Source: the human T2T-CHM13v2.0 reference genome, Homo sapiens
Direction: 5' to 3' (one strand)
DNA length: 64,000 nucleotides
Assembly: GCF_009914755.1 (NCBI RefSeq)
Contig: NC_060934.1
The first letter of the stretch is position 1. Each line of letters opens with the position of its first letter. The notes under the pieces were generated by a model. That model did no database searches and had not been told where the DNA came from. It worked only from the letters and a program-made list of their open reading frames with translations. Both the position numbers and the translations under genes were made by a program. Shown one piece after another: positions 1-12,998 of the stretch.

Positions 1-398
1 GTCACCTACAAAGGGAACCCCATCAGGCTAACAGCAGACCTTTCAGTGGAAACCCTATAAGCAAGAAGAGATTTGGGGCCTATGTTTAGCATTCTTAAAG
101 AAAATAAATTCCAACCAAGAATTTCATATCCAGCCAAATTAAGCTTCATAAGTGAAGAAGAAAGAAGATTATTTTCAGACAAGTAAATGCTAAAGAAATT
201 CATTACAACCAGACCTACCTTACACAAGGATTTGAAGGAAGTTCTAAACATGGAAAGGAAAACTAGTTACTAGCCACTACAAAAACATACTTCAGAATAT
301 AGACCAGTGACACTTTAAAGCAACCACACAAACAAGTCTGCATAATAACCAGCTAACAACACAGTGATGGGATCAAAACTGCAAATATCAATACTAAT
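1..398 (+). mobile_element. Old primate L1 (L1PA13-16/L1PB-like): end of ORF1, inter-ORF spacer and first codons of ORF2
   Basis: Matches the L1 ORF1 3' region (CAACCAAGAATTTCATATCCAGCCAAA...). Ends in GTGATGGGATCAAAA...ATCAATACTAA, the ORF2 start; ORF2 continues at 2629. Confidence 0.9.
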
Positions 399-2628
399 TG
401 GTATGGTTTGTCTGAGTCCCCACCCAAGTCTCACCTCGAATTGTAATAATCCTCATGTGTCAAGGGCAAGGCCAGGTATAGATAATTGAATCATGGGAGG
501 GGTATCCCCCACACTGTTCTTGGGGTAGTGAATAAGTATCATGAGGTCTGATGGTTTTATAAATGCGAACTCCCCTACCCATGATCTCTTGCCTGCTACC
601 ATGTAAGAGGTGCCTTTGCTTTTCTTTTGCCTTACACCATTATTGTGAGGCCTCCCCAGCCATGTGGAACTGTAAGTCCATTAAACCTCTTTCCTTTATA
701 AATTACCCAGTCTTGGGTATGTCTTTATTAGCAGAATGGGAATAGACTAAAACAGTAAGTTGGTACTGGGTAGTGGGGCACTGCTGTAAAGATATCCAAA
801 AATGTGGAAGCACATTTGGAACTGGGTAACAGGCAGAGGCTGGAACAGTTTGGAGGGCTCAGAAGAAGATAGAAAAATGTGGGAATGTTTAGAACTTCCT
901 GGAGACTTGCTGAATGGCTTTGCCCAAAATGCTGATAGTGATATAGATAATAAAGTCCAGGCTGAGGTGGCCTCAGATGGAGATGAGGAACTTGTTGAAC
1001 TGGAGTAAAGAACACTATTGCCATGCAAAGGGAATGGTCACATGTTGCCCCTACCCTAGAGATCTGTGGAACTTTGAACGTGTGAGAGATAATTTAGGGT
1101 ATCTGGCAGAAGGTCAAAGGGTTCAAGAGGAAGCAGAGCATAAAGAATTGGAAAATTTGCAGCCTGATGATGCAACAGAAAAAAAAAATGGGGGGGGAGA
1201 AATTCAAGCAAGTTGCAGAAATTTGCATAAGTAACAAGCATTCAAATGTTAATCACCAAGGTAATAGGGAAAATGTCTCTGGGGCATGTCAGAGACCTTC
1301 AAGGCAGCCCCTGCCATCAGGCTTAGAAGGGAAAAATGGTTTTATGGACTGGGCCCAGGGACTCCTGCTCTATGCAGACTCCAGACAAGTCGCCCTGTGT
1401 CCCAGCTGCTTCAGCTCAAGCCATTGCTAAAAGGGGCCAACTTGAAGCTCAGGCTTGAGTTCAAGCTCAAGTTTCAAAGGGTGCAGTTTCCAAGTCTTGG
1501 CAGCTTACATGTGGCATTGGGCATGCAGGTGCAGAGAAATCAAAAATTGAGATTTGGGAACTTCCATCTAGATTTCAGAGGACGTACGGAAATGCTTGTA
1601 TGTCCAGGCTGAAGTTTGCTGCAGGGACAGGACCCTAACAGAAAACCACTGCTAGGGCAGTGCAGAAGGGAATTGTGGGTCCCCACACAGAGTCCCCACT
1701 GGGGCACTGCCTAGTGGAGCTGTGAGAAGAGGGCCATTGTCCTCCAAACCCCAGAATGGTAGATCCACTGACAGCTTCTACTGTGTGCTTGGAAAAGCCA
1801 GAGACACTCAACAACAGCCTATGAAAGCGGCCTGGAGGAGGGCTATACCCTGTAAAGCCACAGAGGCAGAGCTGCCCAAGATCATGGGAACCCAACTCTT
1901 GCATCAGTGTGACCTGGATGTGAGACATGGAGTCAAAGGAGATCATTCTGGAGCTTTAAGATTTGACTGCCCCACTGGATTATGGAGTTGTATGGGCCTG
2001 TAGTTCCTTTGTTTAGGCCAATTTCTCCAATTTGAAATGGGTGTATTTACCCAAATGCCCATTACATTGTATCTAGGAAGTAACTAACTTGCTTTTGATT
2101 TTACAGGCTCATAGGCAGAAGGGACTTTTCTCAGATGAGGCTTTGGACTGTGGAGTTTTGAGTTAATGCTGAAATCAGCTAAGACTTTGCAGGACTGTTG
2201 GAGAGGCATGATTGGTCTTGAAATGTGAGGACATGAGATTTAGGAGGTGTTGGGGTAGAATGATAGGTTTGGCTGTGTCCTTACCCTAATCTCACCTTGA
2301 ATTGTAATAATGCCCATGCATCAAGGATGGGGCCAGGTGGGGATAATTGAATCATGGGGGATGTTTCCCCCATGCCATTTTCCTGGTAATGAATAAGTCT
2401 CACAAGATCTGAAGCTTTTTCAAATGGGAGTTCCACTGCACAAGTTCTCTTCTGTGTTGTAAGACATGCCTTTGCTTCTCCTTTCGTGGACTGGGCCCAG
2501 GCATCCTCAGCCATGATTTTGAGGAATCCTCAGCCATGTGGAACTGTTAGTCCATTAAATTTATTTCCTTTACAAGTTACCCAGTCCCAGGTTTATCTTT
2601 ACTGGCAGTGTGAGAACAGACTAATACA
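399..2628 (+). mobile_element. Full-length THE1 (ERVL-MaLR) provirus: 5' LTR 399-754, internal 755-2260, 3' LTR 2261-2628
   Basis: Two homologous TG...CA LTRs. Internal region starts GTAAGTTGGTAC and ends in a purine tract. MaLR ORF remnant WNWVTGRGWNSLEGSEEDRKMWE at 802-1008. 5-bp TSD CTAAT (394-398) / CTAAC (2629-2633). Confidence 0.95.
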
Positions 2629-4939
2629 CTAACCTAGTATATAAATGAGCTAAATGTCCCAATTAAAAGTCACAGAGTGGCAAGTTGAATAAAGAAGCAA
2701 GACCCAACTGTATGCTGCCTTTAAGAGAACCATCTAACAAGCAATGACACGCATAGACTCAAAGTAAAGGGATGGAGAAAAATCTACCAAGCAAAAGGTA
2801 AACAGAATAAAAGCAAGAGTTGTTATTCAAATTTCATTCAAAACCGACTTTAAATCAACAAAAATTTTAAAACAACAAAAAGAGTATTACATAACGGTAA
2901 AGGCAAGAACTAAGTATCCTAAATAGGCATGCACCCAACACAGGTGCACCCAGATTTATAAAGCAAGTACTTAGAGACCTATGAAGAGACTTAGATAACC
3001 AAACAATCATAGTGGGAGACTTCAACACACCACTGAGAGTATTAGACTGATCATTGAGGTAGAAAACTACAATTTTTTTTTAGTTTAATTCAGGGCCTGA
3101 ACTCAACAACTGACCAAATAGACCAAATAGACATCTACAGAAATCTAAAGAGAGAAAGTCAAACTATCCCAGTTTTCAGATGATACAATTCTATAAATAG
3201 AAAATCCCACAGTCTCTACCCAAAAGCTTCTTGAGCTAATAAATAAATACAGGAAAGTTTCAGGACACAAAATTAATGTGCAAAAATTAGCAGCATTTCT
3301 ATACACCAAGAATATCCAACCTGAGAGTCAAATCAAGAACGCAATCCCATTCACAATTGCCACAAGAAGAATGAAATACATAGGAATACAGCTAATCAGA
3401 GAGGTAAGAAATCTCTACAACAAGAATTACAAAACATTACTCAAAAAAATAGGAAATGACACAAAGAAACAGAAAAACATTCCCTATTCATGGACAGGAA
3501 GAAGCAATATTGTTAAAATGGTCATACTGCCCAAAGCAATTTATAGATTCAATGCCATTCCTATCAAACTAACAATGACACTCTTTAAATAATGAGAAAA
3601 AATGATCTTAAAATTCATATGGAACCAAAAAAAGCTCAAATAGCTTGGGCAACCCTAAGCAAAAATAACAAAGCCTGAGACATGATGTTACAGGATTTCA
3701 AAGTACACTACAAGGCTACAGTGACCAAATAGCATGGTATGGTACAGAAACAGACACATAGACCAGTGGAACAGAATAAAGATCCCAGAAATAATGCTGA
3801 ACCCCCATGATCATCAGATCTTTGACAAAGTCAACAAAAACAAAAGATGGGGAAAGGATTCCCTATTCATTAGATAGCGCTAGGATAACTGGCTAACTAT
3901 ACGCAGAAGATCAAAACTGGACCCCTTACTTACACCGTATACAAAAATCAACTCAAAATGGATTGAAGACTTAAATATAAACCTAAAACTATAAACATCC
4001 TGGATGATACCTTAGAAAACTGGACATAAGAACTGGCAAAGATTTCATGCCAAAGACACCAAAAGCAATTGCAACAAAAGCAAAAATTGACAAATGGGAC
4101 CTAATTAAACTAAAGTGCTTCAGTGCAGCAAAACAAAACAAACAAACAACAACACCAACAACACAATCTATCAACAGACTAAACAGACAACCTACAGAAT
4201 GGGAGAATATATTTGCAAACTATGTTGTCTGATAAAGATCTAAATTCAGAATCCATAAAGAACTTAAGTCGACAAGCATAAAAGAAACAACCCCATTAAA
4301 AAGTGGCCAAAGGCATGAAGAGACACTTTTCAAAAGAAGACATACGTGCAGCCTACAAGTATATGAAAAAAAATGCTCAGCGTCACTAATCATTAGAGAA
4401 ATCCAAATCAAAGCCAAAAAGTGATATCATCTCACATGAGTCAGTATAGTTATTATTAGAACATCAAAAAATAACAGATGCTGGTGAGGTTGCAGAGAAA
4501 AGAGAACACCTTGCTGGTGGGAATGTAAATTCATTCAGCCTTTACAGAAATCAGTTTGACAATTTCTCAAAGGACTCAAAGCAAAGTTACCATTTAACCC
4601 AGAAATCCCATTATTGTGTGTATACCCAAAGGGATATTAATTATTCTGTCAAAAAGACACAGGCACACATATGTTCACTGCAGCCTTATTTACAATAGCA
4701 AAGACATGTAATCAACCCAAATGCCCATCAACAGTAGACTAATAAAGAAAATGTAGTACATGCATAGCATGGAATGCTGCACAGACATAAAAATCAATGA
4801 GATCAGTTCTTTTAAGGATCATGGATGGAGCTGGAGGCCATTATCCTAAATGAACTAACACAGGAAAATAAAACCAAATACTGCAGCTTGCCTGTATAAC
4901 AAACATGCACATGTATACATGAACCTAAAAGTTAAAAAA
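2629..4939 (+). mobile_element. Continuation of the same L1: degraded, internally deleted ORF2 and shortened 3' UTR
   Basis: EN-domain DNA (AAATGAGCTAAATGTCCCAATTAAAAG). ORF 3278-3592 (QKLAAFLYT...IPFTIAT...[15 protein letters not shown]) and ORF 4047-4232 ([21 protein letters not shown]) are ORF2p peptides. Ends in an A-rich tail. Confidence 0.93.
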
Positions 4940-5286
4940 GACAGAATATTAAAAAAAATGAAACTGCAATTTAATACATAGTTTAAATAGTAAGTCATAT
5001 TTTAAAAAATTAAGTAGTTAGCAAATAAACAGTTAACAGAAAGAGAAATTTAAATTATTTGCAATATAACAAAAGGAACAAAAGATGTAAAATATGACAC
5101 AAATTTAAAGAAAACAACAAAATCTAACACATACCTAACAGAAATCCACAAAGGTATACTGTAAAAAAAATTGAGAAGGATTACGAAGAGATAATGAAAA
5201 GTAAATTCCAGATATTCTCAAAGATAAATACTCAGATCTAGACAGTGCCAAAAAACTCAAGCATGGTACATTTAAAAATACTTTCT

Positions 5287-5790
5287 AAACAAATGATGCT
5301 GGAATGGTTACCACATGTAAAAACAAATGTATTTCTAGACATAGACCTTACATAGTTTACAGAAAAATAACACAGAAATTCAGAATGGATCATAAATGTT
5401 GCTGTGGAATGACTGTTTCTGTCCACACAAAAGCGGTAAAATCCAAAATCCCAAAGTAATGGTAATAGGAGGTGAGGCCTTTGAGATATGATTAGGATGT
5501 AGGACCAGAACCCTCATGAATAGAATTAGTGCCCCATAAACGAGACCCCAGCAATATATCTGGCCCCTTCTGCCATGTGAGGATACATTACAAAGTCAGC
5601 CATCTATGAACCAGGATGTGAGCTCTTACCAGACACCAATTCTGCTGGTGCCTTGATGATGAACTTCCGAGTCTTCAAAATTGTGAGAAATAAATTTCTT
5701 CTGTTTATAAGTCATTTAGCCTATGGCATTTTTGTTACAGAAGTTTGAATGAAATAATATAGACCCAATGTGAAATGCAAAATAATGAAA
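5287..5790 (+). mobile_element. L1M (L1MC/MD-like) ORF2 fragment interrupted by an MLT1A LTR
   Basis: AACAAATGATGCTGG...CTAGACATAGACCTTACA...AATGGATCATA resumes as TAGACCCAATGTGAAATGCAAAA after the LTR. Confidence 0.6.
5400..5759 (+). mobile_element. MLT1A/MLT1A0 solo LTR (ERVL-MaLR)
   Basis: GGAGGTGAGGCCTTTG...CCCTCATGAAT...CCAGACACCAATTCTGCTGGTGCCTTGAT...TGTGAGAAATAAATTTC. Confidence 0.88.
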
Positions 5791-6635
5791 GCAAAAGAGA
5801 AGAAAAGGAAAGAAGAACTGAAAGAAGGGAAAATGTTGAGGCTGTTATCAGAAGAATCATACTAAAGGCAAGTTTAACATACAACAGAAAAGGATTAATT
5901 TCATCACACATTAATTCTTGGCAAACATGTTATATTCAATACCAAGATCATTTACTACATTTAAAATGTACTTTAATGAGTCAAAAGTCAATGTAATCAA
6001 TTTTCAGAGTAAAAAAAATCAGCATAATGTCTGATATATTTAAATACTGATTTTCATTTAATAAGTAATTGACTGAAGCATTTGTTTCCAATTTTAATTG
6101 CATAAAAGTTTTGAATTTAACATATGCATGTTAATAGCTGACACCTAAATTTACCTGGAAACTAAAGCCATGATATGAATACTACGCTAAAAATAGTAAA
6201 AATGTGTTTGTTTTTTTGTTTTCCAATTATTAACCCTCTCCCTCTACAGTCCATGTATGGCAAGATAGTAATCACCCAAAGACTTCATTCATGTTTATTG
6301 GCTGTCAGTCACTTAGTCAGGATACAAAACATATGATTACTTCCTTCACTGTTTTATTATTTTTGTTTATGCTATTGTTGTTTGGAAAGATTTAATACAA
6401 TAACATACAACTTTTTTATATGAAATACATTGCTTGGGGAAAGTGATTCTAATAAAACGAAACTTTGTATGCTGTTAGTTGAACAGATATAACCATCTTT
6501 CCCTTATATGAGAAACATATTTATAATAATTACAGTGTTGATGCCGTACAAAATTGTATATACACATACACACATACACACTACACTATGCATATATATT
6601 TTACAATAGGACAAAACTATATATATATAGAAATA

Positions 6636-6965
6636 CAGTCATTCATTGCTTAATAATGGGATACATTCTGATAAATGAGTCATTAGGTTTTTTGTAGTTG
6701 TGTGAATATCATTGAGCGTACCTACACAAATTTATGTGGTGCAGCCTACTACACATGTATATGGTCTAGTCTATTGCTCCTAGGCTACAAACCTGTGCCA
6801 CATTTTACTATACTGAATACTGTAGGCAATTGAAACACAATGGTATTTGTTTATCTAAACCTAGCTAAACATATAATGGTACAGTAAAAATACGGTATTA
6901 TAATCTTATGGGATCGCCATTATATATACAGTCCATCATTGGCATCATTATTCAGCACATGGCTG
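6636..6965 (+). mobile_element. Tigger3a (MER7A) DNA transposon
   Basis: CAGTCAT...ATGGCTG ends flanked by TA; internal TATTGCTCCTAGGCTACAAACCTGT and TACTGAATACTGTAGGCAATTG. Confidence 0.9.
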
Positions 6966-6970
6966 TATAT

Positions 6971-7281
6971 ATACTCAACACTCCATATTCATTGGTTCCA
7001 TATATGAGGATTCAATAAACTCTCAGTCAAAATTTTGAGGGGAAAAAAAACCCTGTGTCTGCACTGAACACATACAATTTATTGTCATAATTCCCTAAAC
7101 AATACAGTACAATTATTTACATAATATTTACATTTTATTCGGTACCGTAGGTCATCTAGAGATTATTTAAAGCATATAGGGGGATGTGCATAGATTATAT
7201 GTAATATTATGCCACTTTATATGAAGTTCTTGAGCATCTACAAATTTTGGTATCAACCCCACAGATTGTGAAAGATGACTG
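6971..7281 (+). mobile_element. MER2 (TcMar-Tigger) DNA transposon
   Basis: ATTCCCTAAACAATACAGTA...ATCTAGAGATTATTTAAAG...TTGAGCATC...GATGACTG followed by TA. Confidence 0.88.
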
Positions 7282-7295
7282 TATATTTTCACACA

Positions 7296-7297
<2 letters not shown>

Positions 7298-7340
<43 letters not shown>

Positions 7341-7423
7341 TAATATGGGGATGTACACAAACATTTGGAAATATATTCCATTTTCGTGTGTGTGTGTGTG
7401 TGTGTGTGTTTGTGTGTGTGTGT
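7298..7423. repeat. (TA)n and (TG)n microsatellites
   Basis: TA run 7298-7332, TG run 7386-7423. Confidence 0.95.
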
Positions 7424-7534
7424 ATGGAAATATGAAGTAATGGGTTATTGAAACCTAAAGTTAAATAAGACATGCTCCATGGGGGGAAACATTGTACAGA
7501 GAAGAGACTTGTAAGACAATAATGGTATGGAATA

Positions 7535-7872
7535 TTTCTAAAAATATCTCGTGAGGACACTTGGGGTCCCCAAGACCCTTTCATGGGATCTGGGAATTCA
7601 AATCTATTTTATATAATATAATGCTTTATTTGCCATTTTCACTCTCATTTTCTCATGATAACCATGAAGTTTTAAAAGGCTACATGTATTGTGAGTACAT
7701 TGTTACTCTGAGAGCTAGCAAAATATGTATTCTTGTGTTTAAAAATATTGTTTTAATTTCTAATAGAGTAATGTCAATAGATATAACCCACATAAACAGA
7801 AGCTCTTTGGAGTCCTCAATAATTTTAAGAGAGAAAAAGGGTCTTGAAAGCAAAAAAAAATTCAGAACCACT
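7535..7872 (+). mobile_element. hAT-Charlie non-autonomous element (MER119/Charlie4-like)
   Basis: GGGGTCCCCAAGACCCTTTCA...TTATTTGCCATTTTCACTCTCATT...GGCTACATG and terminal AGAACCACT. Confidence 0.7.
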
Positions 7873-8327
7873 TTTTAGATAGGACATGAATTCTATTGAG
7901 AAATGCAAAAGGTGTTTAGGGAAATGAGGAGAAAATTTACTAAGAAAATTATAGTTTGTTAAGGGAGCAAGATGAGGGACTGCTAAAATAGACTCAGGTT
8001 AGCCCTGAAAATTCAGTCTTGTTTACCCAGTCTTATTATTTCCAAATGACATGAAACCTATAGAGAGTGGGGAAGTCTCAATAAAGGGAGAGATTTGTGT
8101 ATAATTTTGAGATGCCAACCAATAATATAGGTTCTAAGAATATATGATTAAACAGGAAACAGATTACTTATACAGAGTTTTAGCTGAAATGAGTCCACCT
8201 AAGGATTGGGCATATTTTTTTCCATACAAAGGGAGGTATTAACACCTTCCCAAGACCTATTAAGGTGACAAATATGTAACTGTTTAATTAGGGTAATAGA
8301 GACTCCAATGTGGACACTTCATAATGC

Positions 8328-8455
8328 AACTGACATGCTATGAACTGCCATTTTACTGAGTCACATTACTTTCTTTCACTGTAAATGACATAATTGACAT
8401 GTTATGAACTGCCTTTTTATTGAGACACATTATTTCTTTCACTGTAAATGACATA
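8328..8455. repeat. Two-copy tandem duplication, about 63-64 bp unit
   Basis: TGACATGCTATGAACTGCC...TTTCTTTCACTGTAAATGACATA occurs at 8331 and 8395. Confidence 0.92.
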
Positions 8456-9220
8456 TCTCAGATATCCTAAAATATAATTTAAAACTCTTAGTAAAATCAA
8501 ATTTTCTTAAATTCATATACTATTATTTAGTGATTAAACTTATTTTAATAGTTAAATTTAAAATATGTTTAGTATCTAGATATTTGAGGCTTTTATACAT
8601 GATGTTTGCATTCAAGGATCATGAGATTCAGAAAGTTAAAATCAAGCTTTTATTTGCCTAAGAAACAAGATATATTTGCCTCGCTTTTGACAGTATTATA
8701 AAAGGCATCACTGATGAAAACCACTTATACATATAAAGCCACTTTAACAGATGTAAAGAACATTGTTGATAAGAAACCACCAATATTAGGTATTATATTT
8801 TATTAGGTATTTTAGATTCAGTGGCACTGGCACTGGTGATTATTTCTTCCTTTTCCTAAAGAATAAAAAGATCTGTCAAATTGCTTATCTTTTCTACATG
8901 CATTTCCACTGAAAAAATATTCAGGGTTGTCAAGTCCTAATACATTATTGGGAAATTATAGCTGTTATTTTTAACATAAATTAAGCAGTCCTAGATATTT
9001 TACATGACAGGTTTACAATTTTCACTGAGAATGACCATGTAGATACTTTAGAAAAGCCATCAATGTGTGACTCATCATTACATTATTGCAGTGTTCATGT
9101 TGAAAGGAACACCAGATAAGCTTAGCTTTTTGATCCTGATGACGAAGGTCTCCATATTACCAATAAAAATAAGTGAACCTGGTGATTTCTCATTATCTCT
9201 CTTAAATAGATAGATTTATT

Positions 9221-9222
<2 letters not shown>

Positions 9223-9268
<46 letters not shown>
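9223..9268. repeat. (TG)n microsatellite
   Basis: Direct reading. Confidence 0.95.
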
Positions 9269-10699
9269 AGGGAATACTCTGCTTCATTTTAGCTTAAGTA
9301 TTAATTTTGAGCTGTTGAAAATGCTTTGCAGACTCAGGAAATTTTGAAGGATGGAGCATCGCCACTCTCCTATCCAATATTATTTAGTAAAATTATGCCT
9401 GACATGTTATCCATTATACTTAAGATACTTACGATTTCTTAAGAAATTCTCTTCTCAAGAGGGAAATGATGCTAACAACAATGGTAACAAGGCTTTTCTC
9501 CTTCATCTCTTCATTTTTCTCATCTATATTTTAAAAACTTCCTTTGCCAAAAACAGTGTGTTAATAGTGTCACCATCTGAGTGTATTCTGTCAAAATATA
9601 GCTTGCACAACTCACGAGTGTTACTAATATTTTTGGGTATTTCCTATTGATATTTTTAAGAATGATTTGTAGTACTGTAGGTGATGTGCCATATATGAGA
9701 CTATTTTCTCAACAATAATCTTTATATATACTTTGGATCAACTTTTGTCTTATCAGAATTATTATTAATGTATTTGATGTTCCAATGGTTACAATATTTT
9801 TTAGTATAGTAATAGTAAGTAGAATTGCTTTAAAAAAAGGAATGATATGTATCTGTCCAAGAACCAAGATACCTACCATTGAGAGCCTCTTGAAAACCTA
9901 AAGAAAGCAGCTTTGAGATTCCTGAGAGTTTAAACAAAGTGGTTGTAGGGGAGAGTCTACAACATTATGGTAACTGTGCACAAGGATATCCTTTGATATA
10001 AAACACAGCCATGAAGCTCTCATTGTAGAAACAAGCAAGGTGGGTCTCCAGAAAGAAACTGCGGCTGTATATTTACCTCTATTCTGCTACTCACAAATGG
10101 TCTGAAAGAGTGGCCTTTGTGAACAAGGTAACCTCTTAAGAAACATCTTGGAATTCTTGATTTGAAAGTTTGAAAAAGCATTATTAACGGGTAACAGGAT
10201 ATAAGAAATGGCAAAATACATCTTCAATAGTGTAAATCTCACTCACCACAATAAAATCTATTAACTGAATATGACAGCGTTCCATGATAATGGAAAACAA
10301 ATGCAAGAGGAAGGAAGTGAAGATGACATGCAAAATAATCACTAATATTCATGATATAGGAGATGTACATCAAAACTGGCTGCCATTTACAGTCACTACA
10401 AGGGAAATTAACTTAAAAAGTTTGACATAAAAGAGTAAATAGAAACAAGTGGTGTAACATTTATTTTTCTATGTAAATGTCAATTATTTGTGAAGACCAA
10501 TATGGTTTATTAGGATACTTGTTTCTCTTATTCTCTGGTTACCAAATTAAACATTGAGATATTTTAGTATAAAATAGCAAAAGGTGATAAAGATATATGT
10601 CTTTTATATAAACATTAAATATGATACTTTTGCTGTTCATTAAATAACGTTTTCTAGGTCTCACATTTTATGGCAGTTAATGGATATTTGATACTATTT

Positions 10700-12190
10700 A
10701 AGGTTTAAACCAAAAGCCAGATATCAAATAAAACTATAGTACTTGATTTGATTGTGAACTGGAAGAGGTCCCCCATTGGCAAAGGATAAGGCAAATTGTG
10801 TGTCAATAACAAGAGCTAAAATAAATAGAACTAGATCAAATCCATAACTTCCAATTGACACTAAAAATATATCTCATATTGATGACATTTGGAGGATACT
10901 AGAGAACCAAATTATTGATCATAAAACTAATCAATATCAGTAAAGAATAAAGTATCTTGCTGACATGGTTTGGCTGTGTCCCCACCCAAATCTCATCTTG
11001 AACTGTAGCTCCCACAATTCCTATGTGTTGTGAAAGGGACCCAGTGGGAGATAATTGAATCATGGGAGTGGTTTACCCCACAATGTTCTCATAATATTGA
11101 ATAAGTGTCAAAAGATCTGATGGTTTTATAAGGAGTTTCCTTTTTTAGCTTGGCTTTCATTCTCTTTTGCCTGCCACCATGTAAGACACGCCTTTCGCCT
11201 TCTGCCTTGATTGTGAGACCTCTCCAGCCATGTGGAACTGTGAATCCATTAAACCTTTTCTTCTTTATAAATTACCCTGAGTCAGGTGTGTCTTTATCAG
11301 CAGCATGAAAACAAACTAATACACCTGCTTTTCCTTTATAAGATGTGCAAGAGACAGACTTGCCACACATCTTTTACATGACAACAGAAAACTATTTCTT
11401 GAATGCATACTTTTACTAGCTAATAAAACACATGAAAGTCACTACTTTTAACATATAAAGATAGAGTCAACAAATATAATAAAATAATGTGGTAATTTGG
11501 AGTGTATAAATTATGCTCAAACAAACTTGAACCCAATTATAACTTTAACATCATAATAAGAGAGAGAACTCAGAATTTATGTGATTACCAATGCAAGTAC
11601 CCAGCACCATAGAATAAATATTTCTATAAACAAACAAATGAACAGGAACTCTGAATCAGATTAATACTTTACAGATTTAGGGGAAATGTAGGGGAGAGAG
11701 GGTGAGACTGGCAAAACTCAAAGTAAGGGGAACTGTACAGTACAAATCATCTTTTTTTTGGTTGTTGTTGTTTGTTTCAATAAGAATTTCAAGAAATAGA
11801 AATAAAAGAGGATGTATTTTAAATGGCAGGGAAGAGACAAGAAAAATATGTGAAATTTTTAGTAAACAAAATAACAGAAATCAGTAAACAATTGGGAGAA
11901 CTGAGCACTGGTTAGTTTGGTTAATATTTGATGCTGTCAAGAATTAACTGTTAATTTTTTAAATATTATGGTATTATTATTTAAAGAATTCATATATTTT
12001 AGATATTTACAGAGGATGTTATTTGATGTATTAAAATAATACAATTATGTAGGTAAGCAGAAAACAAGATTTGTCATGATCTACTAATTATTGAAGTGTT
12101 GGGGGTATGGAACAGGAACGTTGGAATTTCTTATAATATTCCATGTCAGTGCCGGTTACATAATTTTTCTTAATAAAAATTTCAAGAAAA
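10700..12190 (+). mobile_element. Degraded L1MC4/5-like 3' region interrupted by a THE1 LTR
   Basis: ATATTTGATG...GAATTAACTGTTAATTTTT...AAACAAGATTTGTCATGA...TAATTATTGAAG...TAATAAAA resembles L1MC4 3' UTR; boundaries approximate. Confidence 0.5.
10961..11323 (+). mobile_element. THE1B-like solo LTR
   Basis: TGACATGGTTTGGCTGTGTCCCCACCCAAATCTCATCTTG...ACTAATACA; TSD CTTGC (10956-10960) / CCTGC (11324-11328). Confidence 0.95.
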
Positions 12191-12605
12191 AAAAGCTAAA
12201 GAAAACATAAAAGGAAACTTGATGGCCATGGTTCTTTAGCTTTTGTATGGAACTAGTCTTAAATGTAAAGGAATGTAAACCTTGGCAATCCTTGGAGAGG
12301 GAAAGGATTATTAGCATCCATGCAAACTGGAAAGCTTATTGTCCATTTATTTTAAAATAAATGCTGATATTTATATGTTCCTTACATTTTTCATACTTTA
12401 AAATAAATAAAATGATATTTTATTTCTAATAATTGTCATTTATATTTTTGGCTTATTTATACTTCTAGCACGCCACTTCAAGCCCTAGGTATAGGTATAG
12501 TCAGTGTGCACATATGTAGCAGTTGAATTACCAGATATTTGATTTTGTGAAATGCATTTAGTTTCCCGTATCTCATTACTCTGATGTTCATAACTAGGGT
12601 GCTCC

Positions 12606-12998
<393 letters not shown>

